A model generated the notes under the pieces. That model worked only from the letters and a program-made list of their open reading frames with translations. It was not told where the DNA came from and searched no databases. From NCBI GenBank assembly GCA_041736465.1, contig JBGSTO010000317.1:2547-66546 (forward strand): DNA of 64,000 bases, in the 5' to 3' direction. How positions within the stretch are numbered: position 1 is the first letter of the stretch; each line of letters opens with the position of its first letter. Position numbers and translations under genes: made by a program. Below, one piece after another: positions 17,403 to 26,327 of this stretch. This DNA comes from Anaerolineales bacterium (lineage in GTDB: Bacteria; Chloroflexota; Anaerolineae; Anaerolineales; UBA4823).

Positions 17403-18020
17403 TTATACTTCATCCGCAGGCAGAACGCCCCACGTTTTGGGGTCCACGTGCAGGGCAGCAAAATTCTCAAAGCTCAGGTCCCGGAAGGTAAAACCTAGCG
17501 ACCGGCGAGCCTGCTCAAACAAGTCGGTGTAGCTACCCACAATACGCTGCTCCCAATCCAATCCCAGATTATGGGCTGCCTCGCGGATATCTTGCGGGGT
17601 AGGGCCTTCGATTTCCGCAAAATCACCGAAGGGCATCTCATCCAGAGTCACTTCGAGATTGCCGAGGTGGTAAGTGGTGCGGCGCTTCTCGTATACCAGC
17701 ACCACCTGGTAGCCCAATGCTTCCAGAAAGCGGCGGGCTGTGGCAAATTCACCCACCGTAAACTCGATCTCCTGGCGCAGGCGCGCCCCGCCCTGCAGCT
17801 TCCCTGGGCCTTTATAAGTCAGGCGTACATTCTGGTCCTGCCGCAAGCGCAGCACCTGGTAGGCGCGCCCCAGAGCGCCATCCGGCGTGTCGAAACGCAG
17901 GTTGATCTCGTGGACAGACGGCTGGGACAGGCTGGCTCCAGCGGCTTGCAGGCGCGCCTCCAACCCAGGCAAGTCTGCCAGGAAAAATTTCACTTCCAGC
18001 TCACGGTCGTTGGCTGCCAT
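17403..18020 (-). CDS. CYTH-domain protein (class IV adenylate cyclase / triphosphatase family)
   Basis: 205 aa. The N-terminal ELEVKF (ExExK) signature and the size are typical of CyaB/CYTH proteins. Confidence 0.8.
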   Translation of the reverse strand: MAANDRELEVKFFLADLPGLEARLQAAGASLSQPSVHEINLRFDTPDGALGRAYQVLRLRQDQNVRLTYKGPGKLQGGARLRQEIEFTVGEFATARRFLEALGYQVVLVYEKRRTTYHLGNLEVTLDEMPFGDFAEIEGPTPQDIREAAHNLGLDWEQRIVGSYTDLFEQARRSLGFTFRDLSFENFAALHVDPKTWGVLPADEV

Positions 18021-18022
18021 CG

Positions 18023-18520
18023 TTACACCACACTCAACAGCGTCTGGCGCTGTTCTACACTGTCGCCTGGCTTAACCCGCACTCGGGTCACTTTCCCGGC
18101 GCGCGGCGCTTTCAGCTCGTTTTGCATTTTCATTGACTCCAATAATAACAGCACATCACCGCGTTCCACCTGCTGGCCTTCTTTGACCGGGATCGCAACC
18201 ACCAGGCCGGGCATGGGCGCCTTGAGATAATATTCTCCCCGGTCGGCGACCCGGCTGCCGGCAGAAGCACGCAGGCGCTTTTCACGCTCGTCTTCCACCT
18301 TTGCCGGGTATAACGTCCCATGCAGCAGCACCTGCAGCCCTTCTTCAGCCGGGTAGACATAGGCCTCGTAGGAGCGCCCATCCACCAGCATCGAATACAC
18401 TGGCTGGCTACCGGCGGTATCGAAATCCACATGGTATGTCACCCCATCGATGATGACACACGTTTCATCGACGATCTCTACCAGGAATTCCCGCTCACCA
18501 ATCGTTGTTACATATTTCAT
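18023..18520 (-). CDS. biotin carboxyl carrier protein of acyl-CoA carboxylase
   Basis: 165 aa. C-terminal biotinyl domain with ESMKMQNE. The N-terminal ~70-aa part is extra. Confidence 0.88.
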   Translation of the reverse strand: MKYVTTIGEREFLVEIVDETCVIIDGVTYHVDFDTAGSQPVYSMLVDGRSYEAYVYPAEEGLQVLLHGTLYPAKVEDEREKRLRASAGSRVADRGEYYLKAPMPGLVVAIPVKEGQQVERGDVLLLLESMKMQNELKAPRAGKVTRVRVKPGDSVEQRQTLLSVV

Positions 18521-18533
18521 ATCCGGCCTCCCG

Positions 18534-20048
18534 TTATTTCTGCAGGCGTTCCCAGCGGCTGAGCCACTTCCAGTTGCTGGTGTCGCGTTCGCCGCGCTGG
18601 ATGAAGTGCGATGCCAGCTCCATTTCGCGGTGTGACACCAGGGTGGCGAAGATTGCTGCGATCTCCGGCCGCGAGCCTCTACCTTCCTCGGGTGCGTCCA
18701 TCAAGAAGCGCTCTTCTACAAAGCGCGTATCGAACTGCCCGCCCATGAAGCGATGCGAGTCCATCAAATTTTGGTGGAAGGGGATATTGGTGCGTACGCC
18801 GACGATCTTATACTCTTCCAGGGCGCGGCGCATGCGCAGGATGGCTTCTGCCCGCGTCTCACCCCATACAATTAACTTGGATATCAGCGAATCGTAATAC
18901 GATGAGATCTCAAAGCCGGGGTAAACGCCGGTATCCACCCGCACCCCCGGACCGGTGGGTAGAATGCTGTGACCAATCCGCCCGGTGGAGGGTAAAAAGT
19001 TATTATATGGATCTTCCGCATTGATGCGGCACTCGATCGCCCAACCGTTGAGGTGAACATCTTGCTGTTGGTAGCGCAGGTGGCGACCACGCGCAATGCG
19101 GATCTGCTCTTTGACGATGTCGATGCCTGTGACCAGCTCAGTAACCGGATGCTCCACCTGCAGGCGGGTATTCATCTCAAGAAAGTAAAAGTTCTTATCC
19201 TTGTCCACCAGAAACTCGATTGTCCCGGCGTTGACATAATGCACCGCCTGGGCTGCCCTTACGGCTACATCGCCCATCAACTGGCGCAGTTCCTTGTTCT
19301 CTCCAACAAAGGGCGAGGGAGACTCTTCCAGCAGTTTCTGGTGACGGCGCTGCAGCGAACACTCACGCTCTCCCAGGTGAACGACATTCCCGTGCTCATC
19401 CGCCAGGATTTGAATCTCGATATGGCGCGCGCCTTCTAGCAGCTTTTCAAGATAAACGTTGCCTTCTCCAAAGGAAGCCTCCGCCTCCCTGCGCGCAGCG
19501 TGCAGCAGCCCCGGCATCTCTTCGAGCGTGCGCACCTCGCGCATGCCTTTGCCGCCGCCGCCAGCAGTGGCTTTGATCAGCAGTGGAAAACCGATCTGGG
19601 GCGCCAGCTCGAGCAGATCTTCATCGCGCAGCGAACCCTCGCCTTCTGTGCCGGGCACCACCGGGACACCCGCGCGGGTAACCGTGGCGCGCGCCACTGC
19701 CTTGTCGCCCATTGCCGCAATCGCCGAAGGGCGCGGGCCAATGAATGCCAGCCCGGCATCCAGGCAGGCCTGGGCGAAATCGGCCCGCTCTGCCAGGAAA
19801 CCGTATCCCGGATGGATGGCGCCAGCCCCGCACTTACGGGCGATCTCCACGATGCGATCGCCCCGCAGGTAAGAATCACGCGATGGCGCCGGGCCTAATA
19901 AGTAGGCCTCATCCGCATAACGCACGTGCAAAGCGTGCCGGTCGGCTTCGGAATAGACCGCCACAGTCTGCATGCCCAGCTCCCGGCACGCCCTCAGAAT
20001 GCGCACAGCGATCTCTCCGCGATTGGCGATCAATACCTTGTTAAACAT
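18534..20048 (-). CDS. accC: biotin carboxylase subunit
   Basis: 504 aa. ATP-grasp fold with a GGGGKGMR loop. It carries about 50 aa of C-terminal extension relative to a ~450-aa AccC. Confidence 0.95.
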   Translation of the reverse strand: MFNKVLIANRGEIAVRILRACRELGMQTVAVYSEADRHALHVRYADEAYLLGPAPSRDSYLRGDRIVEIARKCGAGAIHPGYGFLAERADFAQACLDAGLAFIGPRPSAIAAMGDKAVARATVTRAGVPVVPGTEGEGSLRDEDLLELAPQIGFPLLIKATAGGGGKGMREVRTLEEMPGLLHAARREAEASFGEGNVYLEKLLEGARHIEIQILADEHGNVVHLGERECSLQRRHQKLLEESPSPFVGENKELRQLMGDVAVRAAQAVHYVNAGTIEFLVDKDKNFYFLEMNTRLQVEHPVTELVTGIDIVKEQIRIARGRHLRYQQQDVHLNGWAIECRINAEDPYNNFLPSTGRIGHSILPTGPGVRVDTGVYPGFEISSYYDSLISKLIVWGETRAEAILRMRRALEEYKIVGVRTNIPFHQNLMDSHRFMGGQFDTRFVEERFLMDAPEEGRGSRPEIAAIFATLVSHREMELASHFIQRGERDTSNWKWLSRWERLQK

Positions 20049-20057
20049 ACCTCGCTC

Positions 20058-20879
20058 CTATCCATTCCGGGATGCTTCCGGGCTGGTATGGTGCCCATTC
20101 GACCCGGGGTGCAGCGCTGCCTGCAAAAACGCCAGCAGGCGGGGATTGAAAGCTGCTCCGGATTCCTGGGGCAGCATGTGATTGGCATCCTTCAGCAGCC
20201 AAAGCTGTGACTTCGGCAGAGCCTGCGCCAGGTCGCGGGCGTGCTGCGCAGAGGCATGCTCGTCTTGCAGGCCCTGAACAACCCATACCGGGCAGGTGAT
20301 GCTCCGCAGCAGCGGGCGCATATCCCAGCCAATGATCTCGGGCCGCATCCAGCCCCGATACCAGTGGTAGAAAACCTGATCGGTTTTTTCGCCGTGCATA
20401 CGGCGCAGCCCGGCACGCATACGCGGGTCGTTCTCGAAAGCCCAACGCACACCTTCGATGCCCGGGAGCATCTTCTCTTCCACGTAGATATGGGCGGCGA
20501 CCACCACCACGGCGGTCACTCGATGGGGGTGAGCAGCCGCGAAATACAGGCAGATCGTACCGCCGTCGCTGTGCCCAACCAGGGCTGCCTGTTCGAGGTG
20601 CAGCTCATCCAGCAAACCCAGCAGGTCGTCCAGGTCTTCGTCGAAGGAAGGCACCGATAGACGCGGGCGCGGATCGGATTGGCCGTATCCCCAGCGGTCA
20701 TATACGATCACATTAAAGCCGGCTTGCGCCAGCAGCGCCGTCTGGGAACGCCAGGCTTGCGTTGAGCCCAGACCATGGTGGAGCAGTACGACTGCTGGCC
20801 CGTCCAGCGGGCCCTGGCGATCAACATACAAGCGCCGGCCATGCAGCTCGATGTACATTTCGTCCTTGTACACGATCAC
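20058..20879 (-). CDS. alpha/beta-fold hydrolase embedded in the carboxylase operon
   Basis: 273 aa. HHGLGS oxyanion region and GHSDGG nucleophile elbow. The GTG start overlaps the upstream stop (GTGA). Confidence 0.85.
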   Translation of the reverse strand: MIVYKDEMYIELHGRRLYVDRQGPLDGPAVVLLHHGLGSTQAWRSQTALLAQAGFNVIVYDRWGYGQSDPRPRLSVPSFDEDLDDLLGLLDELHLEQAALVGHSDGGTICLYFAAAHPHRVTAVVVVAAHIYVEEKMLPGIEGVRWAFENDPRMRAGLRRMHGEKTDQVFYHWYRGWMRPEIIGWDMRPLLRSITCPVWVVQGLQDEHASAQHARDLAQALPKSQLWLLKDANHMLPQESGAAFNPRLLAFLQAALHPGSNGHHTSPEASRNG

Positions 20880-22426
20880 AAAGGGATACAGCCGTGCTTG
20901 CGCGGCGGGTTAGAGTCGCGCTTGTTGGAGAGCATCTCCAGAGCATTGATCAGGCGCGGGCGGGTCTCGCGCGGCTCGATGATGTCATCGATGTAACCGC
21001 GCGAAGCCGCAATATACGGATTGGCGAACTTCTGGCGGTATTCAGCCACCAGCTCAGCTTTGCGCTGCACCGGATCTTCAGCCTGGGCCAGCTCTTTTCG
21101 GAAGATGATGTTCACTGCCCCATCGGGACCCATCACGGCGATCTGAGCCGAAGGCCATGCCAGATTCACATCGCCGCGGATGTGCTTGCTGCTCATCACG
21201 TCGTAAGCCCCGCCATAGGCTTTCCGGGTAACCACGGTGAGCTTGGGTACGGTTGCTTCGCAGTAAGCGTATAGAAGTTTAGCGCCCGAGCGTATGATAC
21301 CGCCGTGCTCTTGACCGGTACCGGGCAGGAAACCCGGCACATCCACAAACGTGACAATCGGGATATTGAATGCGTCGCAAAAACGGACAAAGCGGGCTGC
21401 TTTCTCCGAAGAATTGATATCCAGGACGCCAGCCAGCACCGCCGGCTGGTTAGCGATGATGCCAATGCTGTGCCCGCCCAGGCGAGCGAATCCCACCACG
21501 ATGTTGGCAGCATAGGCCTCGTGGATTTCGAAAAACGCGCCATCATCCACAATCAGGCGAATAGCATCCTTAATATCATACGGTTTTCCGGGATCATCCG
21601 GTACAAGGCTGTCCAGAGCCTCTTCCATGCGCAGCGGATCATCACCGTTTGGCACGAACGGCGCATCCTCCATATTGTTCTGAGGCATGTATGCCAGCAG
21701 CTTGCGGATCACGTACAAAGCATCTGCTTCGCTGTCGACTGCCAGGTGACACACCCCGGAGACTTCCGAATGCACGCTGGCGCCACCCAGTTCTTCGAAA
21801 GAGACCTCTTCATGCGTGACCGTTTTAACCACTTCGGGGCCGGTGACAAACATATACGAAGAGTTGCGCACCATGACGATGAAATCAGTCAATGCCGGTG
21901 AGTATACCGCCCCGCCCGCACAAGGCCCCATGATCACGCTAATTTGTGGAATTACCCCAGAAGCCAGTGTGTTGCGCAGGAAAATATCGGCATACCCGCC
22001 CAGCGAGACCACACCTTCCTGGATGCGCGCCCCACCCGAATCGTTCAGGCCGATCACCGGCGCGCCATTTTTCATTGCCATATCCATGATCTTGCAAATC
22101 TTTTCAGCGTGCACCTCCCCCAGGCTGCCACCGAAGACAGTGAAGTCCTGCGAGAAGATATACACCAACCGCCCGCTGATTGTGCCCCAACCGGTCACCA
22201 CGCTGTCGCCCAGGTATTTTTGCTTGTCCAAACCGAAATCATTGGTGCGATGCTCTACAAAAGCGTCGATCTCACGAAAAGAACCCTTATCCATCAGCAA
22301 ATCGATCCGTTCGCGCGCTGTCAGCCGGCCCCGACTGTGCTGGGTCTCGATCCTCTCTTCACCACCACCCAGGCGGCTCTTAGATCTCTGTTCTCGCAGC
22401 TCACGAATCTTGGGGTCGGTTGTCAT
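20876..22426 (-). CDS. acyl-CoA carboxylase carboxyltransferase subunit (PccB-like)
   Basis: About 516 aa from the ATG at 22426 (SD ggagagg). The track start at 22438 is TTG. It has propionyl-CoA carboxylase beta / methylmalonyl-CoA carboxyltransferase 12S-type sequence throughout. Confidence 0.93.
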   Translation of the reverse strand: MTTDPKIRELREQRSKSRLGGGEERIETQHSRGRLTARERIDLLMDKGSFREIDAFVEHRTNDFGLDKQKYLGDSVVTGWGTISGRLVYIFSQDFTVFGGSLGEVHAEKICKIMDMAMKNGAPVIGLNDSGGARIQEGVVSLGGYADIFLRNTLASGVIPQISVIMGPCAGGAVYSPALTDFIVMVRNSSYMFVTGPEVVKTVTHEEVSFEELGGASVHSEVSGVCHLAVDSEADALYVIRKLLAYMPQNNMEDAPFVPNGDDPLRMEEALDSLVPDDPGKPYDIKDAIRLIVDDGAFFEIHEAYAANIVVGFARLGGHSIGIIANQPAVLAGVLDINSSEKAARFVRFCDAFNIPIVTFVDVPGFLPGTGQEHGGIIRSGAKLLYAYCEATVPKLTVVTRKAYGGAYDVMSSKHIRGDVNLAWPSAQIAVMGPDGAVNIIFRKELAQAEDPVQRKAELVAEYRQKFANPYIAASRGYIDDIIEPRETRPRLINALEMLSNKRDSNPPRKHGCIPL

Positions 22427-22862
22427 AAGCCTCTCCAAAAAATGCCTTTGATGAAGGTCGGGAAAGTGTCCAAAATGTATACGCCAGGACCAACAGGTTC
22501 AAGCCAAGGATGAAAGGCCAGTTCATGCGCGCCGCTGGTGAAGCCATCACCAGCCGGTCGAACCAGTCGTAGAAAGTGTAGCACGGCACAGCCAGTTTCG
22601 CCAGGATTGGCGACCAGACTGCGCCGCGCCACAATCCCCATGCCAGAGGCAGCCCTACCAGCGACCAAAACAAACCCGTCAAAGCCGGGTAAAGCGGCGA
22701 AAATGGCAATATCTCTATGAGGAAGTCCCACTGCCTCAGGCTGCCAACAAAACGCGCCAGGGAGAGTCCCGTAATGCTTAACACTCCCAGGGCAAGCAAG
22801 GTTACGCTGCGTGGTCTGCTCGGGCGCGGGTGGTTGTTCGGCTGGCGCGGCAAGGTCATCAT
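22401..22862 (-). CDS. small polytopic membrane protein, unknown function
   Basis: About 153 aa from the ATG at 22862, with four predicted TM helices. It overlaps the start of the carboxyltransferase gene. Confidence 0.55.
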   Translation of the reverse strand: MMTLPRQPNNHPRPSRPRSVTLLALGVLSITGLSLARFVGSLRQWDFLIEILPFSPLYPALTGLFWSLVGLPLAWGLWRGAVWSPILAKLAVPCYTFYDWFDRLVMASPAARMNWPFILGLNLLVLAYTFWTLSRPSSKAFFGEAYDNRPQDS

Positions 22863-22881
22863 CAATCACCCAGAGTCCATT

Positions 22882-23916
22882 TTATCCTTGAATATCCAGG
22901 GTTAGCTTGCCTGTTTGCAGGTTCTGCTCCAGGCGTTCCTGCGCCAGATTCGCCTCAGCCAATGGATAGGAGCAATCCATCACCGGGCGCAGCCTGCCCT
23001 GGAATACCAAATCCATCACCTCGGCAAAATCAGTCCGCGTGCCCATGCTGGAGCCGATCACGCTCAGGTGTTTGCCGAATATAAAGCGGTTGTCGATCTC
23101 GAACCTGGCCCCGCCGGTGTTGCCTACCGTCAGAATGCGGCCTCCTTTGGCAGCGGCACGGAAACTGAGCGGGAAGGTTGTGCCCACGTTGTCGACCACC
23201 ACATCCACGCCGCGTTTGGCGGTCAAATTAAAAACGGTACGCGACCAGTTTTCGTCTTTGGAACGATCGATGAGGAAATCGGCGCCCAGGCTTTCCGCCA
23301 CAGCAAGCTTTTCCGCGTTCGATCCAACCACGTAGACAACCGCCCCTGCCAGTCTGGCGATCTGGATGCAGGCGGTGTTGACGCCGCCTGAAGCGCCGAC
23401 CACCAGCACGCTTTCACCGGGTCGCACCCGGCCGCGCACCACAAGCGAATGCCAGGCAGTGTGAAAAACCAGCGCGGCAGCCGCGGCTGTGTGGGGATCA
23501 AAATCCTCCGGCATCGCATAAACGTTTTCTTGAGGCACGCACACATATTCCGCATAGGTGCCGCGGCGGGTTTCGCCCAATAACTCCCAGCTTGTGCAGC
23601 GATTGTCCTGCCCGGCGATACAAGCCGGGCATCTCCCGCAGCTCAAGTTGGAATTAATCACCACCTTGCTGCCGGTGTCCCAGCCAGTCACACCCGGACC
23701 AATTGCTGCAATCTCTCCAGCTCCATCTGCGCCAGGGATGTGCGGGTATTCCAGGCGAATGCCGGGCCAGCCGTTGCGCACCCACAGGTCCAGACGGTTC
23801 AAAGCCGCAGCGCGCAGGCGCACCTGTACCTGCCCCGGTCCGGGTTGTGGGTCGTCGATCTGGCTGTATTCCAACACCTCCGGCCCGCCATGCTGGTGAA
23901 ACAGAACTGCTTTCAT
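22882..23916 (-). CDS. zinc-type alcohol dehydrogenase / quinone oxidoreductase (MDR superfamily)
   Basis: 344 aa. GroES-like N-terminal domain, a CGRCPAC structural-zinc-like loop and a VVGASGGVN Rossmann motif. Confidence 0.88.
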   Translation of the reverse strand: MKAVLFHQHGGPEVLEYSQIDDPQPGPGQVQVRLRAAALNRLDLWVRNGWPGIRLEYPHIPGADGAGEIAAIGPGVTGWDTGSKVVINSNLSCGRCPACIAGQDNRCTSWELLGETRRGTYAEYVCVPQENVYAMPEDFDPHTAAAAALVFHTAWHSLVVRGRVRPGESVLVVGASGGVNTACIQIARLAGAVVYVVGSNAEKLAVAESLGADFLIDRSKDENWSRTVFNLTAKRGVDVVVDNVGTTFPLSFRAAAKGGRILTVGNTGGARFEIDNRFIFGKHLSVIGSSMGTRTDFAEVMDLVFQGRLRPVMDCSYPLAEANLAQERLEQNLQTGKLTLDIQG

Positions 23917-23933
23917 ATGCGCTTCCTCAACGT

Positions 23934-26327
23934 CTACTCGTGCTCCAGCCGGATCTCCCAGATGTGAGTGTGCGCCGGTTCAGTTTGATGCATATCTAGC
24001 ACTTCCACCCGCAGCATTCGCGCCGGGTATTCACCCCTGAAATCCAGGCGGATTTCAGGGTCGGAAACCGTGCCGCGATCTTGAATCGTAAACCGCTGGG
24101 GTTCGGCTTGCGGCGTTGCATACACAAGTGCGGTAATCTGCGCTTCGATGCTGCCAATGATAACGGATATTCCCCGCAGCATATGCGGTTCTGAAAAGGT
24201 CAATTCGTACACCGCCGGATTCGCCTCCAGCGTGCGCGTCAGGCTGAAAGGGTCGCCATCGAAGGCCTGGCTCGGCGTGCCGATATCAAGCAAGGAGTGC
24301 CGCACCTGCACCGTCTCGCCATCTAATTCGATCTCCGTTTGTTGAAGCTGGCGGCGCTGAACCTGCTCGGCGGCAAAAATGGCCTCGATATTATCCACAT
24401 AGCTCAAACGCAGGAAATAGAAACCGGGCTTGCCATCCGGGTATGGTAAGATTTGCTCGACCTGGATTGGCTCGAACTTGGCGCTGCCTTTCACCAGTTG
24501 ATACTCCTCAGGAGTGACGATGAACAACATACGCTCATCGAGCGGTCGAATGCGTTCGATGTGCCCGCGCACACTGCCCAGCTCGACCGGCAGCGGATCC
24601 CCCAGGAAAAAGCGCGCCACGATGTCGGCCCCATTCGTCCACACCGGAGACAGGATGATGAATGTGTCCGGTTCGGCCTTCAAGATGCGGCGCACTTCGC
24701 CGTATACCTGCGAGGCGCCGTACTGCATGCCCCCCAGACCGTAATCACGGTGCCAGAGCGCCCCGTTCGCCAATGAATCCTGCAGCAGGTTGAGGTTAAG
24801 CACTCCCAGCAGCAGGAAGGCTCCGGTCACCACCAGGCCAGGCGGCAGCCCGCGCGTGAACGATCGCCAGCGTTGGTATCTTAGCCGTTTGAACAGATCG
24901 CCAGGATGCTCCAGCCACAACAGCACTTGCTCTATCCCCAGGGCCGCCAGCACGCTCGCGGGGATGACCATCGAGAGCAGGCGGGTGATGCCGATGCCCA
25001 CCAGGACGCCCCCGGCAGGCGCCGCCAGCAAGGCGATCAAGATCAAACGGTGAGCCGAGCTGCGCATGCGCCGCAGAGCGAGAATCAAGCCCAGCAGTAT
25101 GAAAGGGAAAACCAGCCTCGAAAGGTGTCCATAGCTGTCCATCACATGGCGAGGCAAGTCATGATCGTGCGGGACGAACCAGTAGCCTGGGCTTAGCCCA
25201 AAAAGATACAGCCGCCACAGGCGGCCCAGCTTTTCAGAAAGCGGCAGCGGTTGGATAATGTAAGCGTCGAGCAAGCGCAGGTGTTCTGCTGAGGTGCCGG
25301 GGTACGCCTGCTGGAATCGAATGTAAGGCAGCGCCAGGAAAATCGCAAGCAACGCCATGCGAGCCAGCAAGCGCCGCTGCTGCCAGTGGTAGCGGGCATC
25401 GGAGAGCAGCAGCAGAAACGCCGTTACTGCGATGACCACCTGCCCGGGGCTGTAGCTGTAAAACGCCAGCGCCGCCAGCACACAGGCAGCGTAGATCATA
25501 CGGGGATTCCCCTGGCGATATAAGCCGTAGGTATACAGGAAGGCGGCGTAAAATGAGACGAACAGCACGGTTTCGAAAGCGGTGCGCGAATGCAGGAACC
25601 AGGCAGGCGTTATGGAGAGCAGCAGCGAGCCTAACCACCAATAGCGGGCGCGGTACAGATCGCGCAGCATCCATCCCACTGAGGCGGCTGCCAGCACAGT
25701 GACCAACACAGAAGCAGCCCGGGTGACAAAGATCGATTTGCCGAACAGCAGGTAAGGCAGCACTTGCAGGTAAACGCTGATGCTCAGGTTGTAGTAGCTG
25801 CCATTCTTGAAATATGTCGGCAGGAAAACCTGATCGGCGCCGCGCAGCCCATCTCTCAGCAGGTCGGCTGCCAGCATAGTCTGCACAGCCTCATCGGAGA
25901 AGAAATAGATCGGATAGCGATCCAGCGCGACCAGGCGCACAACCAGGTAGACCACCAACGCCAGCACAAACAAAGCCCCTGCCGCCTTGCCTCTGCCTGT
26001 CGTCCAATCCCCATACAGCAGTTGGCGCACGATAGTCTGCTTGCCGGGTTGATCTGCAGGTGCCAGCCGGCTGCGTGCTTGCAGGTCGGCATTGGCTGCC
26101 CCGCTCCTGACCTGCACGCTGTCGCCTGGCAGCCCAGTGACCACCACAGATATATCCCCAACTTGCAGCACTTCATTTGCTTCGACAGGCTGTTCAGTCC
26201 CGGCATCCGGCAGGCGCTCAACTGTTACCCGTATGCGCATACCCTCAGGCAGGTCCACGTGCAGGAAGACCTTCTCGTCGCGAGGCTCCGCTGCCCGCTC
26301 ATCAGAGCGATCATTGTCCGGCTGCAC
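23934..26327 (-). CDS. GT-C-fold membrane glycosyltransferase-like protein (ArnT/PMT type) with a C-terminal beta-sandwich domain
   Basis: 797 aa. A soluble N-terminal part of about 110 aa, then 12 or more TM helices with YFFSDEAVQ in the first loop. The large extracytoplasmic C-terminus has a discoidin/CBM-like final ~130 aa. The start is uncertain: GTG at 26327 or ATG at 26240. Confidence 0.7.
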   Translation of the reverse strand: MQPDNDRSDERAAEPRDEKVFLHVDLPEGMRIRVTVERLPDAGTEQPVEANEVLQVGDISVVVTGLPGDSVQVRSGAANADLQARSRLAPADQPGKQTIVRQLLYGDWTTGRGKAAGALFVLALVVYLVVRLVALDRYPIYFFSDEAVQTMLAADLLRDGLRGADQVFLPTYFKNGSYYNLSISVYLQVLPYLLFGKSIFVTRAASVLVTVLAAASVGWMLRDLYRARYWWLGSLLLSITPAWFLHSRTAFETVLFVSFYAAFLYTYGLYRQGNPRMIYAACVLAALAFYSYSPGQVVIAVTAFLLLLSDARYHWQQRRLLARMALLAIFLALPYIRFQQAYPGTSAEHLRLLDAYIIQPLPLSEKLGRLWRLYLFGLSPGYWFVPHDHDLPRHVMDSYGHLSRLVFPFILLGLILALRRMRSSAHRLILIALLAAPAGGVLVGIGITRLLSMVIPASVLAALGIEQVLLWLEHPGDLFKRLRYQRWRSFTRGLPPGLVVTGAFLLLGVLNLNLLQDSLANGALWHRDYGLGGMQYGASQVYGEVRRILKAEPDTFIILSPVWTNGADIVARFFLGDPLPVELGSVRGHIERIRPLDERMLFIVTPEEYQLVKGSAKFEPIQVEQILPYPDGKPGFYFLRLSYVDNIEAIFAAEQVQRRQLQQTEIELDGETVQVRHSLLDIGTPSQAFDGDPFSLTRTLEANPAVYELTFSEPHMLRGISVIIGSIEAQITALVYATPQAEPQRFTIQDRGTVSDPEIRLDFRGEYPARMLRVEVLDMHQTEPAHTHIWEIRLEHE

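Noticed and set aside
22423-22869. Alternative-frame 148-aa ORF overlapping the small membrane-protein gene, considered as a possible frameshift or pseudogene.
   Set aside because: The 22401-22862 frame gives four clean TM helices, while the alternative frame gives an Ala/Gly/Pro-rich product. There is no evidence of a disrupted gene.
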